From NCBI GenBank assembly GCA_044222475.1, contig JBGANF010000044.1:1-55909 (forward strand): a stretch of 55,909 nt of DNA, in the 5' to 3' direction. Each line of letters begins with the position of its first letter. The first letter of the stretch is position 1. Under the pieces are notes generated by a model that searched no databases, had not been told where the DNA came from, and saw only the letters and a program-made list of their open reading frames with translations. Origin of the DNA: Polyangiaceae bacterium (GTDB taxonomy: Bacteria > Myxococcota_A > Polyangia > Polyangiales > Polyangiaceae). Of this stretch, positions 1-9,359 are shown piece by piece. The position numbers and the translations under genes were made by a program.

Positions 1-11
1 TGCCGAAGATC

Positions 12-440
12 ATGCGCGCGACCGTCGATCGCATGATCGACGAGATCCTCGTCGCCGAGGCCGCGAAGAGAGACCTCGTGGTCGTGGATGACCACGAGGT
101 CGACGTGGCGTTCGAGACGAAGCAACGCGAGCTGGGCTTCCCGAACAAGGTGTCGTTCCTCGCGTCGATCGCCGAGCTGGGCCTCGACGAAGCGCGCTTT
201 CGGAAGATGATCGAGAACCAACTGGTGGAGTTCAAATGGCTCGCGCGAGCGTTCGCCGCCGAGCGTACGCGCATCACGCCAGCGGCGATCGACGAACGAC
301 TGAAGAGGCTTCGTGCCCAAGACCCGAAGACCACCGAAGATCGAGCGAAAGAGTCGCTCGTGAACGACGCGTACGAGACCGCGCGGCAGAAGCAGGTCGG
401 CGAGCTCCGACGCGCCCACTACATCGAGATTCGCCTGTGA
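12..440 (+). CDS. SurA N-terminal-domain chaperone-like protein (probably 5'-truncated by the window edge)
   Basis: Pattern DRMIDEILVAEAAKR..VDDHEVD..F...IENQL and C-terminal ELRRAHYIEIRL resemble the SurA core. The frame is open to the window start and no PPIase domain is visible. Confidence 0.7.
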   Translation: MRATVDRMIDEILVAEAAKRDLVVVDDHEVDVAFETKQRELGFPNKVSFLASIAELGLDEARFRKMIENQLVEFKWLARAFAAERTRITPAAIDERLKRLRAQDPKTTEDRAKESLVNDAYETARQKQVGELRRAHYIEIRL

Positions 441-1033
441 GGTTCGGGTTCCCCGCTGCGCTCCTGGCTCTCGTCGTGAGCTGCCACCCCGCGACACCGA
501 GCGAAGTGCCCGCGCCCGACACGGTGAACCCGTGTCGCGGCACGGCGGAGAAGAACGCTCCGCCTGCTTCGGGGTCGACGTCCGACTTTCCGGGCGCGCT
601 CGAGAACCTGCCGATCGCCGACATCGCCGTCAAAGGGCACGTCGTCCTCACGTCGACGAAGATCCTCGCGACGTCCGGGTTGAGCGTCGGGGCGGCGTTT
701 CACCGTGCGGACGTCGCGAAGGCGATCGTGGCGCTCTACCGCACCGGCGAGATCGACGACGTCCAGATCACGGCGTCGGAAGACGCCCACCGAGTCACGC
801 TCGCGATCCTCGTCCGCGAGCGACCGTTCGTCGTCGGCATCTTCGCTCCCGGCAAGACCGCAGCCGAGCGCGACGCGTTGGCGGCAGCGCTCGGTCTCTC
901 CGAGCAACGGCGCCTGGACGTCGCGGAGCTCCACCTCCGCGCCCACGCTCCCGATGCTCCTGCGGTCGATTGGGAGATCGTCCCAGGCAGGAACAACTCG
1001 GTCACGGTCTGTCTGTATCCGAAGTCGCAGTGA
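437..1033 (+). CDS. POTRA-domain lipoprotein without a beta-barrel
   Basis: GTG at 437 overlaps the upstream TGA (GTGA). Lipobox-like LVVSC. IADIAVKGH..LSVGAAF..AIVALYRTGEIDDVQI..VRERP resembles BamA POTRA1. Confidence 0.7.
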   Translation: MRFGFPAALLALVVSCHPATPSEVPAPDTVNPCRGTAEKNAPPASGSTSDFPGALENLPIADIAVKGHVVLTSTKILATSGLSVGAAFHRADVAKAIVALYRTGEIDDVQITASEDAHRVTLAILVRERPFVVGIFAPGKTAAERDALAAALGLSEQRRLDVAELHLRAHAPDAPAVDWEIVPGRNNSVTVCLYPKSQ

Positions 1034-1039
1034 CCGCGA

Positions 1040-1477
1040 TCACGCAGGCCGCGTCGCCAGCCACACCGTGAGCCCGGCGCGGGCGAGCTGCACGGCGGCG
1101 CGCGCCCATTGGCTCGCGAGCAGCGGCGCGAGCGCCGCGCTCGAGTTGTCACCCGCCGCGAGCGCGCGGTGCGACGGCAAGTGCCACCCGAACGTGATCG
1201 CGAAGTAGGCGACGCCAAGGCCGACCAACGCATGAACGGCCCAGGCCGGAGTCGTGTCGGGCCTCGCGAAGTAGAGCGAGAACACGACGAGGAACGCGAC
1301 GAACTCCATCGCGACGACTGGAAGCCCAATCCGACCGGTGAAGCCTTTGTACATCGCGGGAAACGCCGTCGCGTCCACCGTGCCGAAGCCTGGGTAGATC
1401 ACGGTGGCGAAGAGCACCATCACGGCGAGGAGGTACACGTTCGCAGCGCTGCAGATCGGGAGAGTCCAAGCTTTCAC
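1040..1477 (-). CDS. Four-TM membrane protein (DUF1772/anthrone oxygenase-like)
   Basis: Four hydrophobic segments; VIYP.F..V and P.HR.L motifs. Confidence 0.6.
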   Translation of the reverse strand: MKAWTLPICSAANVYLLAVMVLFATVIYPGFGTVDATAFPAMYKGFTGRIGLPVVAMEFVAFLVVFSLYFARPDTTPAWAVHALVGLGVAYFAITFGWHLPSHRALAAGDNSSAALAPLLASQWARAAVQLARAGLTVWLATRPA

Positions 1478-1510
1478 ACCCGAAGGCGTACCACCTCGCG
1501 CCAGCGACGG

Positions 1511-2131
1511 TCAGAACGCTTCGTAGCCCACGCTGAAGAAGGGCATCACCGCGACCGTGTACGGATCGGGCAAGAAGACGAGTCGCAAGTCCACGCCCAC
1601 CATCAGGCCCTTGCGGCGCGCACCGTCACCGAATCCCATGATGGGATACCCGCCGAGCCGGAAATGCAGCTCGCCACCGGCGGGGTTGTTGAGGACGCCG
1701 GCGCCACCGCCGACTCCGACGAACAGGCGGTGAAAGAGGGTGAGCTCGGCGATGACCGATGCGGCGAACACGCCGGTGAGCCCCTTCACTCCTCGGTCGT
1801 TGACCGACCCGAACGACAGGTGCGGCTGCGCGTAGATCCCGAAGTAGTGGTTGATCTGGATTCCGAGACGGCCGTCGACGCCACCCAGGATCGCGGAGAA
1901 CCCACTGGTGCCGCTGGTGTAACCGCCGAAGAAGGCTCCACCACCGAGCGAGATGCCTCCGCGGAAGCGGACTCCATCAGGCTCGGCCTTCGGTGGCGCG
2001 ACCGGTGGCGGTTGAGCGGGCGGCGGAGGCGCTGGCGCAGGTGCGACGGCGGGGTCCGGGGGAGGTGATGTCTGCGCATAGGCGACACCGGGGAGAAGCA
2101 ACAAGGCCGATCCCAAGACAAAGCTCTTCAT
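1511..2131 (-). CDS. Small outer-membrane beta-barrel protein
   Basis: GGAGAGG RBS, signal peptide ending AYA-Q, Pro-rich linker, Gly/aromatic amphipathic strands, C-terminal VGYEAF. Confidence 0.65.
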   Translation of the reverse strand: MKSFVLGSALLLLPGVAYAQTSPPPDPAVAPAPAPPPPAQPPPVAPPKAEPDGVRFRGGISLGGGAFFGGYTSGTSGFSAILGGVDGRLGIQINHYFGIYAQPHLSFGSVNDRGVKGLTGVFAASVIAELTLFHRLFVGVGGGAGVLNNPAGGELHFRLGGYPIMGFGDGARRKGLMVGVDLRLVFLPDPYTVAVMPFFSVGYEAF

Positions 2132-2206
2132 CGTAGGTCCCTCTCCCGGCAGACCATGGACGAAGGCCGAGGCCGATCGATTCACATCGGCTTCGAAATG
2201 ACTCGG

Positions 2207-3004
2207 CTACTCGGCAGCAGCGGACGCGTCATCGGCGTCGATGCCGCCGATGATCTCGCCGTTGCGGTCGAGCGCGCGCATCGGCTTGAGCTCGATGATC
2301 CCGACGAGGTCGAGAAGGCGCATCACCTGGTAGGTCGGATCGAGCTCGAACCGACGCACCGCGAAGTTCGAACGCATCGCGTACTTGTGGTGGTTGTTCT
2401 GGAAGAGCTCGCCCATCGTGACGAAGTCGAAGATGAGCGTGTTCCGCGAGACGTCGTCGCTCTCGAAGTTGCGGTAGCCGTACTTGTGGCCGCACCAGTT
2501 CACGATCGCGCCGTGGATCGGGCCCATCAGGAAGTGCGCCGGCAGCAGCAGCCAGAGGTACCAGTGGTTCGCAAAGGTCACGTAGACGGCGGTGTAGCCG
2601 GCGATCCACGCGATGCGCGCGGGCCAGCTCTGGCTCAGGCGGTCGAGCGCCGGCCAATCGGGGACGTCTTTCTCGAAGCGCGGCTCGGGCGCGACGCGGC
2701 GGTACGCGTAGTCGTCGTACGTGTGCTTCGTCGCGAGCATCATCGAGGCCGCGTTGGTGAAGTTCGTCGGCGAGTGCGGATCCTTCGGCGTGTCGCTGTA
2801 GGCGTGGTGCATCCGGTGAAGGATCGCGTAGCCGCGCGCGCTGAGGAAGCTCGGCCCCATCGTCACGTAGGCGAACAGGTGGAAGAATCGCTCCCAGCCC
2901 TTCGACATCGTGAACTGCTTGTGCGCGCCGTAGCGGTGCAGGAAGAACGTCTGGGAGAAGATCGACGTCAGCCAGTGGGCGGCGAAGAAGAGGACGATCA
3001 CCAT
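2207..3004 (-). CDS. Acyl-CoA/acyl-lipid (delta-9-like) fatty acid desaturase
   Basis: His boxes HRYGAH, HRMHH, QNNHH; SDT.KDPHSP; ELDPTY. Confidence 0.92.
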   Translation of the reverse strand: MVIVLFFAAHWLTSIFSQTFFLHRYGAHKQFTMSKGWERFFHLFAYVTMGPSFLSARGYAILHRMHHAYSDTPKDPHSPTNFTNAASMMLATKHTYDDYAYRRVAPEPRFEKDVPDWPALDRLSQSWPARIAWIAGYTAVYVTFANHWYLWLLLPAHFLMGPIHGAIVNWCGHKYGYRNFESDDVSRNTLIFDFVTMGELFQNNHHKYAMRSNFAVRRFELDPTYQVMRLLDLVGIIELKPMRALDRNGEIIGGIDADDASAAAE

Positions 3005-3137
3005 CGGGGTGCGGAGACCCTACGGGGTGCGGGCAGCGACGCTCGACATGGAACGGTCATTTCGCGACCCGATTGTCATGGAACCGTCAGATTGCTTCCC
3101 TGAAGAATTCTGCCAGGCTGCGCATCCTAGGGGCTCG

Positions 3138-4556
3138 ATGACGTCTTCAGGCAAATGGGCGGCGGTGTGCTTGGCGGCGGCGGCCCTGGTGGCGTGCGGT
3201 GGGGAGAGCGCCGGCACGGCCGACGCCGGGGACGCTGGCGCGGAGACGATCACGCCGCCGAAGGTCCCCCTCGCGACGAGCCTCAGCATCGAGGAGGTCG
3301 CCGCCTACCAGACCATTCGGCTCGACTGGATGACCAAAGGCGTCGCGACCACACCAGGGACGACGCTCCCGATCTTGAGGGGGAAGCCGGCGCTCGTCCG
3401 GGCCTTCGTCCGCCTCGTCGGAACCAAGAAGTGGATCGCTCGGACGCTCCAGGCCGAGCTCCATCTCACCGGTGACGTGGAGCAGACGATCACCGACAGT
3501 CGGATGATCGGGGCGGCCTCGACCGAAGGCGTCCTCGCGAGCACGTTCGACTTCACGCTCGACGAGAAGGCGCTCGGGCCGGCGACGTCGTTCTTCCTCG
3601 TCGTGCGGGACCCGGCGGAGAAAGATCCCACGTTGGGACAGATTCGGATCCCCAAGAGCGGGAGCATCCTCCCCGAGACCCAACAGGCCGTCGGTCCTCT
3701 TCGCGTCGTCGTCGTTCCGGTCAACTACCTCGCCGACGGCGTCCCGAAGCTCCCGCACACGGGTCCCCAAGATCTCGCGGTCCTCCACGACTACCTGTTC
3801 GACATGTTTCCGGTCTCCGACGTCCAAGTGACGCTCCACGCGCCGATGGACTTCAGCACGAAGATGACCGCGGACGGAGGTGGATGGGGGTGGCTCCTCA
3901 ACGCGCTGATGAACCTCCGCGCGAACGATGCCCCGTCGAAGGACACGTACTACCTCGGCGCAGTGACGCCGGCGTCGTCGTGGCCGGACTACTGCGGCAA
4001 CGGGTGCGTGGCAGGGATGGCTCCGGGCATCGCGTCGGTCACGGCGATCGGGCAACGCGCGGTCGCATCGCTCGCGTTCGGTGGTGAGCCGTGGGGCTCG
4101 ACGTCGGCGCACGAGCTCGGCCACGCGCACGGACGCGATCACGCACCCTGCGGCAACCCGGCCGGAGTCGATCAGAACTTCCCGTACTCCGGCGGCGCGA
4201 GCGGCGTGCCTGGATATCGGCTGAGCGCGGGGACGCTCTTCACCGACAGCGTCGACATCATGAGCTACTGCACGCCGACGTGGATCTCCGACTACAACTA
4301 CGGCGCGCTGCTCACCCGCGTGCGCGCCGTCGCGGCGCAGGACGCGGTCGGAGTCGTGCCGGAGCAGACGTTCACTCGATGGGTCGTCGACGGCGCAGGG
4401 AACGCGACGCTCGGTGGAATCACCCGCGATCGCGCCCCGGACGAAGCTGCCGAGACGCGGGTTCTCCGGGTCGACGGCGTGTCGCGCACGCTGCGCGGCT
4501 GGTGGACGCCGTTCGATCACGCGGGCGGCGGGTTCTTCCACGTCGAGCGCAAGTGA
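3138..4556 (+). CDS. Metzincin zinc metallopeptidase lipoprotein (M66-like)
   Basis: Lipobox LVAC; HELGHAHGRDH (HExxHxxGxxH); Met-turn DIMSYC. Confidence 0.8.
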   Translation: MTSSGKWAAVCLAAAALVACGGESAGTADAGDAGAETITPPKVPLATSLSIEEVAAYQTIRLDWMTKGVATTPGTTLPILRGKPALVRAFVRLVGTKKWIARTLQAELHLTGDVEQTITDSRMIGAASTEGVLASTFDFTLDEKALGPATSFFLVVRDPAEKDPTLGQIRIPKSGSILPETQQAVGPLRVVVVPVNYLADGVPKLPHTGPQDLAVLHDYLFDMFPVSDVQVTLHAPMDFSTKMTADGGGWGWLLNALMNLRANDAPSKDTYYLGAVTPASSWPDYCGNGCVAGMAPGIASVTAIGQRAVASLAFGGEPWGSTSAHELGHAHGRDHAPCGNPAGVDQNFPYSGGASGVPGYRLSAGTLFTDSVDIMSYCTPTWISDYNYGALLTRVRAVAAQDAVGVVPEQTFTRWVVDGAGNATLGGITRDRAPDEAAETRVLRVDGVSRTLRGWWTPFDHAGGGFFHVERK

Positions 4557-4559
4557 CAC

Positions 4560-4931
4560 TCACGGCAGAACGAACGGCGGCTTTCCGTGGCGTTCACGTA
4601 GACGATTCACCGCGTCGGCGAAGCGCGGTCGGCGCAGCAGCCGCACCATGAGGCGGCGGAGGAGCGGAAGGTCGAGGATCACGAGCCCAAGGACGATCGC
4701 GACCACGCCCGGTCCCGGAAGGACCAGCATCGCCACTCCAGCGACGACGAGAGAAAGGCCGACGAGCCACCGCAAGACCGCAGCGACGCGACCACGCGAC
4801 GTCGTCGGGCGAACGAAGTAGTCCGCCGGCATTCTCGCGAGGGCTCGAGGAACGAGCAGGGTGAGGCCGACTGTGACCGCCAGGCCGAGCACCAGCGGGA
4901 CGAGCCAGCGAGCGACGTCGTCAGTGGGCAC
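4560..4931 (-). CDS. PGPGW-domain membrane protein
   Basis: MPADYF motif and MLVLPGPG between TM helices. Confidence 0.8.
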   Translation of the reverse strand: MPTDDVARWLVPLVLGLAVTVGLTLLVPRALARMPADYFVRPTTSRGRVAAVLRWLVGLSLVVAGVAMLVLPGPGVVAIVLGLVILDLPLLRRLMVRLLRRPRFADAVNRLRERHGKPPFVLP

Positions 4932-4973
4932 GACGACAACGTGTGGCCGCCGTGGGCGGTGCGCCAGCTGGAA

Positions 4974-5537
4974 TCAGTTCCAAGTCGACGAGTTGAACAC
5001 GAGAGTCACCGACGCCCCGGCGTTCGCGGTGAGCGTCACCTGCGGGCACGTCGGGTTGTTGCCGGGGTCGCCACCGTTGGGAAACGGCTGACCGTCGCCG
5101 TTGTCGTCGAGCCAGCCCCAGACGTAGTAGGTGCCCGGAGCGACTCCGGTCATCGTGAACGGGATCTTCGCGTTCGTCGGAGTGAGATCCGAAGAGGGCA
5201 CGGTGATCGTCTTCGTGACTTGGATGTTGCCTTGGTACGGACACGACGTGCCGATGTCGACCCAGAGCGTGCCTTTGCCGTCGCCGCTGAACGTCAAGCT
5301 CGGCCCCTTGGTCACCACGCCCTCGATCGTGCCGGGTGCGACGGAGCCGCCATCGCTCGTGACCGCGTCCGCGCCGGAGTCGACCGGGGCGGCGTCCGAT
5401 CCGGCGTCGCTCGTCGCCACGTCCTTCGCAGCGTCGCTGCCGGTCGCCGCGTCGGTCGGTGTCGACGTGTCGTCACCGCCGCAGCCCGCGAACACCAGCG
5501 CACACAACCACGCACCCCATCGAGTCCATGATTTCAT
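4974..5537 (-). CDS. Lipoprotein with a small beta-sandwich domain and a DxDxDG-like loop
   Basis: GGAGG RBS; lipobox FAGC; DAG-rich linker; PGTYYVWGWLDDNGDG. Confidence 0.7.
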   Translation of the reverse strand: MKSWTRWGAWLCALVFAGCGGDDTSTPTDAATGSDAAKDVATSDAGSDAAPVDSGADAVTSDGGSVAPGTIEGVVTKGPSLTFSGDGKGTLWVDIGTSCPYQGNIQVTKTITVPSSDLTPTNAKIPFTMTGVAPGTYYVWGWLDDNGDGQPFPNGGDPGNNPTCPQVTLTANAGASVTLVFNSSTWN

Positions 5538-5616
5538 CGCGACCTCCCATTCAAGCAAGACCCCAACGTATCGGGTGCGAAGTTCGAAGTGACCATTCAC
5601 CGTCGCCGAAACCGCG

Positions 5617-6174
5617 TCACGCGACGTACTTCCGAAGGATGGCCAACGCTGCGGCCTCGGCGTCGGTGATCGCACCGCAGAGGCTCGGATGAGGCTCGCG
5701 TGGGTAGGGTGACGTCGTGGCGTCGCCGAACTCGGCGCGAATGCTTTCGATGGATCGTAGCAAGCGCGCTCGCTTTTCGGTCAACGGGACGCCCAACTCG
5801 AGCCGATCGAGGGTGGCATCGACCCTGCGACGGTAGACGCCGTCATCGACGAGCTGCCGGACCTGCTCGAATGCCGCGTAGCCGGCGGCGGTGACGGTGA
5901 CGACGATCTGGCGCCGATCGGTTTCACTGCGTCGACGCTGGACGAGGCCGAGCCTCTCCATTCGCCGCAGCATGATGCAGATCGTGGCGCGCGTGATGGC
6001 GAGGCGGGCTCGGAGATCCGACTGATAGACGACGCCGTCGCGGAGGAGGGCAGCGCGATGGCAGACGAGCAGATCGACGCGCCCGGCAGTGAGACTCCAC
6101 TCCCGAACGCGCCGATTGGCCTGCGTGGCGTAGGCGAAGTGAGCGCGCTTCGCGGAGAAGAGGACGCGGTCCAT
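5617..6174 (-). CDS. MarR-family winged-helix transcriptional regulator
   Basis: QSDLRARLAITRATICIMLRRMERLGLVQRRRSETDRRQIVVTVTAAG. Confidence 0.85.
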   Translation of the reverse strand: MDRVLFSAKRAHFAYATQANRRVREWSLTAGRVDLLVCHRAALLRDGVVYQSDLRARLAITRATICIMLRRMERLGLVQRRRSETDRRQIVVTVTAAGYAAFEQVRQLVDDGVYRRRVDATLDRLELGVPLTEKRARLLRSIESIRAEFGDATTSPYPREPHPSLCGAITDAEAAALAILRKYVA

Positions 6175-6320
6175 GCGCCTGCACTCGCACCATCCGTACC
6201 AACCCCATCGTTCTGACCACCCCCAACGATATCCGGCCGTTACGCCCCGAAGCAGGCGTTGTCGAAGTGGCGCGCGCCACCTGTGACCGGCGCGGCGCCA
6301 CCGACCCCCACACAGCGTGA

Positions 6321-6370
6321 GCCGGCGAGCGACCCGTGTCGCCTGCCCTCCCACGGGATCGCTAGCCGGC
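6321..6370. other. GC-rich stem-loop (possible terminator or structured leader element)
   Basis: GCCGGCGAGCGACCCGTG - 13 nt loop - CACGGGATCGCTAGCCGGC, with one mismatch and one bulge, just downstream of the GT-C gene stop. Confidence 0.5.
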
Positions 6371-6396
6371 AAGCGTCTGGTGGAAAGAACCTCGGC

Positions 6397-7776
6397 TCAG
6401 GCCTTCGAGGGCAATGGCGGCCTCAGCGCACCCGCGGCAAGGACGCAGAGCACCGGCGTCAGGACCATGTGGTACCGGTCCTCACCGAAGAAGATCGCGT
6501 GCGTCACCAGCGTGGTTCCAAAGAGCACGAGCCCCATCTTCAACGCTGGAGCAAACCGCGGCCGGCCGGGAATCGGAAGCCAGGGGACGACCGAGACGAA
6601 CACTGCGAGCGGCCAGAACGACGGGTCCGGCGTGAATGCGTAGATCCATAGCGCGACCGCACCGAGGATGGCGATGCCTTGGGCAATCACCTGACTGCCT
6701 CTGCGACGCCGAACGAAGGCAACGACGCCGAGCGCGGCGGCGCACATCAAGACGCGATGCGCGTACGTCGTGACCGCGCGGCCGAGCGCTCGTCGGTCCT
6801 CGGGCCACGTGGAAGGCCGCGCCTCGTGGAGATATTCGACGGCGAAGGACTCGTGGTCGAAGGTGAAACCGAGCTTCTTCGGCACCAGCCCGAGCCAATG
6901 TCCGGGGTGCGCCTCGATCTCGGACACACCGTACGAGAACCAGCAGCGATCCTGTTGGACCTGCCCCGTGACCTCTCGGCAGCCATCGTCGGCCTTGAGC
7001 GTCTCGAAGCGACCCGTCGCTCGAGGGAAGGCACCGATCGCGAGATTCCAACCCGCGTTCGTCGACACCAGCGCGCACCCATCCATCACCTTGCAGTTGC
7101 GCGCCGTCCACGGAAGAACGGGAAGGAGCGCCACCACGCACGCCAGAAACGCCGCCGGCAATCGCGCCCCGATGCGGAGCTTCGGGACCGTCGGCGCGCT
7201 CTCGGCGAACGCGAGCGCAGGCGCGCACAGAAGCGCTTGCGGACGCACGAGCGCCGAGAGCCCGATGAGCGCCGCGCCGAGGAAGAACCATCGTCGCTCT
7301 TTGCCCTGCGTCGCGACGATGAACGCGAGCATCGTCGACAACGCCGAGAGCGGCTCGGTCATGACGAGCGCCGCATACAGGATGAGGCCCGGGTGCGCCG
7401 CGGCGATGATCCCGGCGACGCGCGCGCGGCCCGGAGAGAACACCCGCGTGGCCACAACCCACGTCACGACCGGGACGAGCGCGCTCACCACCGCGTTGAC
7501 GACCGCCGCGACGCGGAGGTCCGATCCGAACAACTTGTAAAATACACTCAAGAAGAAGCTGTACCCGACCGGGTAGTGACACCATGGGTGCCACTCCACG
7601 ATGCCATCGACGATGCGCTCGTCCGAGTAGCCCGCGCCGAGCGCGAGGCGACGCGCGCCGAAGTCGTAGTAGTGCCCATCCCAAACCGGCTCGCCGGAGA
7701 AATGCAGCGCGACCCAAAGCCGCGGGAGGAGCGACGCGAAGAAGAGGCCGAGTCCGAACGGGAGCTTCTTCGTCAC
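6397..7776 (-). CDS. GT-C membrane glycosyltransferase (ArnT/PMT, GT39/GT83-like)
   Basis: R in TM1, WDGHYY loop, YPVGY, MTE, LVRP, PWTARN, STNAGWNL, C-terminal DRYH; about 10 or more TM segments. Confidence 0.85.
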   Translation of the reverse strand: MTKKLPFGLGLFFASLLPRLWVALHFSGEPVWDGHYYDFGARRLALGAGYSDERIVDGIVEWHPWCHYPVGYSFFLSVFYKLFGSDLRVAAVVNAVVSALVPVVTWVVATRVFSPGRARVAGIIAAAHPGLILYAALVMTEPLSALSTMLAFIVATQGKERRWFFLGAALIGLSALVRPQALLCAPALAFAESAPTVPKLRIGARLPAAFLACVVALLPVLPWTARNCKVMDGCALVSTNAGWNLAIGAFPRATGRFETLKADDGCREVTGQVQQDRCWFSYGVSEIEAHPGHWLGLVPKKLGFTFDHESFAVEYLHEARPSTWPEDRRALGRAVTTYAHRVLMCAAALGVVAFVRRRRGSQVIAQGIAILGAVALWIYAFTPDPSFWPLAVFVSVVPWLPIPGRPRFAPALKMGLVLFGTTLVTHAIFFGEDRYHMVLTPVLCVLAAGALRPPLPSKA

Positions 7777-9359
7777 TCGCTGCCGCGGGGTCGCGTACGA
7801 AGCTCGGGGGCGGCGCCTTCACCGACCGCTTCGCGCATGCGACGAAGATAGGTGCGCTGCACTTGAGGCCCGTCGAGCCGCAGGAACCGTGCGAGCTCGA
7901 GGAGAAACCCTCGCACGTACACGGGCGCTGGAAGTGACGCGAAATCCTCGTCTTCGATCGCGGCGAGGTATGGGCGTCCAATCTTCGTCCGCGCGCTGAT
8001 CTCTCCGAGGTCGACCCCGACGGACTCGCGCACCTTGCGGAGGAGCGCCCCGTCGAACTCGGTGTCGGGGCCGATCTCGCGCTGCAGCTCGGCTTGCAGC
8101 AGGAGCTGCTCGGCCGCGAGCGCCGGCTTCGCCGCCGGCGGAGCCGGCCGGTTCGCGTCGTCGTCGGGAAACGTGGACAGGTCGTAAGCCCTGCGACGGA
8201 CCGAGTCGAGCAGCGTGTCGTACGCCTCGTCGAGCCGCCCCTGCTCCGCCCCGAGCTGCGCCGGAGTGAGGAGCGACGCGGTTGCGAGGCTGCTTTCCCC
8301 GTACATTTCGCGCTGCCGCTTGTAGCCGCGCCGGATTTCCTCGTCGCTGGCTCCGCGCGGAACGCCCAGCGCGTCGTACAGCGTGACGACGCCCGGCTGC
8401 ATCGGTGGAGCGCTCGCGCGGCTTTCCGGCGTCGTCACGATCGCGACCACGCGACGCGCGATCCGCTCGAGGTTGCGTCCCGCCTTCGAGGTCGGACTGT
8501 CGACGAGGAGCGGTCGGTTGCGCCGAACCGCGAGCCACACCGTGTCGTCCTGCTCGATGTGCCCGAGCTCTTCGAGCGGCAGCCCGAGGTGTCGCTGGGC
8601 GAGCGTGCTCATCCACGCGCCGAGCTCGAGATCGTTGCGCAGGCGCGTCTGATTGACGACGAGGAGCATCCGCACGCGACGCGCTTCCGCCCACGCGACC
8701 TCCGCGAGGCGCGGATCCATCCGCGCGAGCACCTTGATGAGCTCGATCGGCGCAGGGAGCGTCCCCATGTCAGCGATCGCGCGCTCGCAGATCGCGAGCC
8801 GCAGTCGGTCGCGAAGCAGCGTGCGGCGAAGACGCCGTCGGAACGCAGCGCGGAGGAATCGATACGTCGTCTCGATCGCGCCCGGCTCCGGGGTCGTGAC
8901 GACGATCGGCACGTCGGCGGAGAGCAGGATGTCGACCTGACCGGGGCCGTGCCCCGGCCCCGCGTCGATCACGAGGTACTCGGCAGGGAGCGTTCGCAGG
9001 TGCGCCAAGAAGCGCGCTCGACGGCTGCTCCGCGGGAGCGACGTCGTCTGGGGCGAGTCGTGTGGAGCCGGCAGCAGCGAAAGCCCCGGCACCGCGGTCG
9101 GCGCGAGCAGCTTGGTGATCTCTTCGGGCTTGCCCCGCACGAACGGAGGCTCGTCCTTGGCCGCCGCGAGACCGAAGTGGGAGTGCAGGTTCGCCCCCGT
9201 CTGATCCGCGTCCACGAGGACGACGCTCTTCCCGAGCTGCGCGAAGTAGATCGCGAGGTTCATCGCGACGAGCGACTTGCCGACGCCGCCACGTCCGCCG
9301 CCGACGGCGATGACGCAGCGCGCGCCCGCGCTGCCGGGCACGCGCTCGGACGGCTGCAT
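7773..9359 (-). CDS. FlhG/FleN/MinD-like P-loop ATPase fused to a J-like domain and a RodZ-type HTH
   Basis: GGGRGGVGKS, DAD, GANL, DAGPG, TTPEP, VVNQ; then YDALGV...ASDEEIRRGY..EAYDTL.D..RR.AYD; then GALLRKVRES..ISARTKI..YLAAIE..LPAPVYVRGFL. ATG overlaps the upstream TGA. Confidence 0.85.
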   Translation of the reverse strand: MQPSERVPGSAGARCVIAVGGGRGGVGKSLVAMNLAIYFAQLGKSVVLVDADQTGANLHSHFGLAAAKDEPPFVRGKPEEITKLLAPTAVPGLSLLPAPHDSPQTTSLPRSSRRARFLAHLRTLPAEYLVIDAGPGHGPGQVDILLSADVPIVVTTPEPGAIETTYRFLRAAFRRRLRRTLLRDRLRLAICERAIADMGTLPAPIELIKVLARMDPRLAEVAWAEARRVRMLLVVNQTRLRNDLELGAWMSTLAQRHLGLPLEELGHIEQDDTVWLAVRRNRPLLVDSPTSKAGRNLERIARRVVAIVTTPESRASAPPMQPGVVTLYDALGVPRGASDEEIRRGYKRQREMYGESSLATASLLTPAQLGAEQGRLDEAYDTLLDSVRRRAYDLSTFPDDDANRPAPPAAKPALAAEQLLLQAELQREIGPDTEFDGALLRKVRESVGVDLGEISARTKIGRPYLAAIEDEDFASLPAPVYVRGFLLELARFLRLDGPQVQRTYLRRMREAVGEGAAPELRTRPRGSE

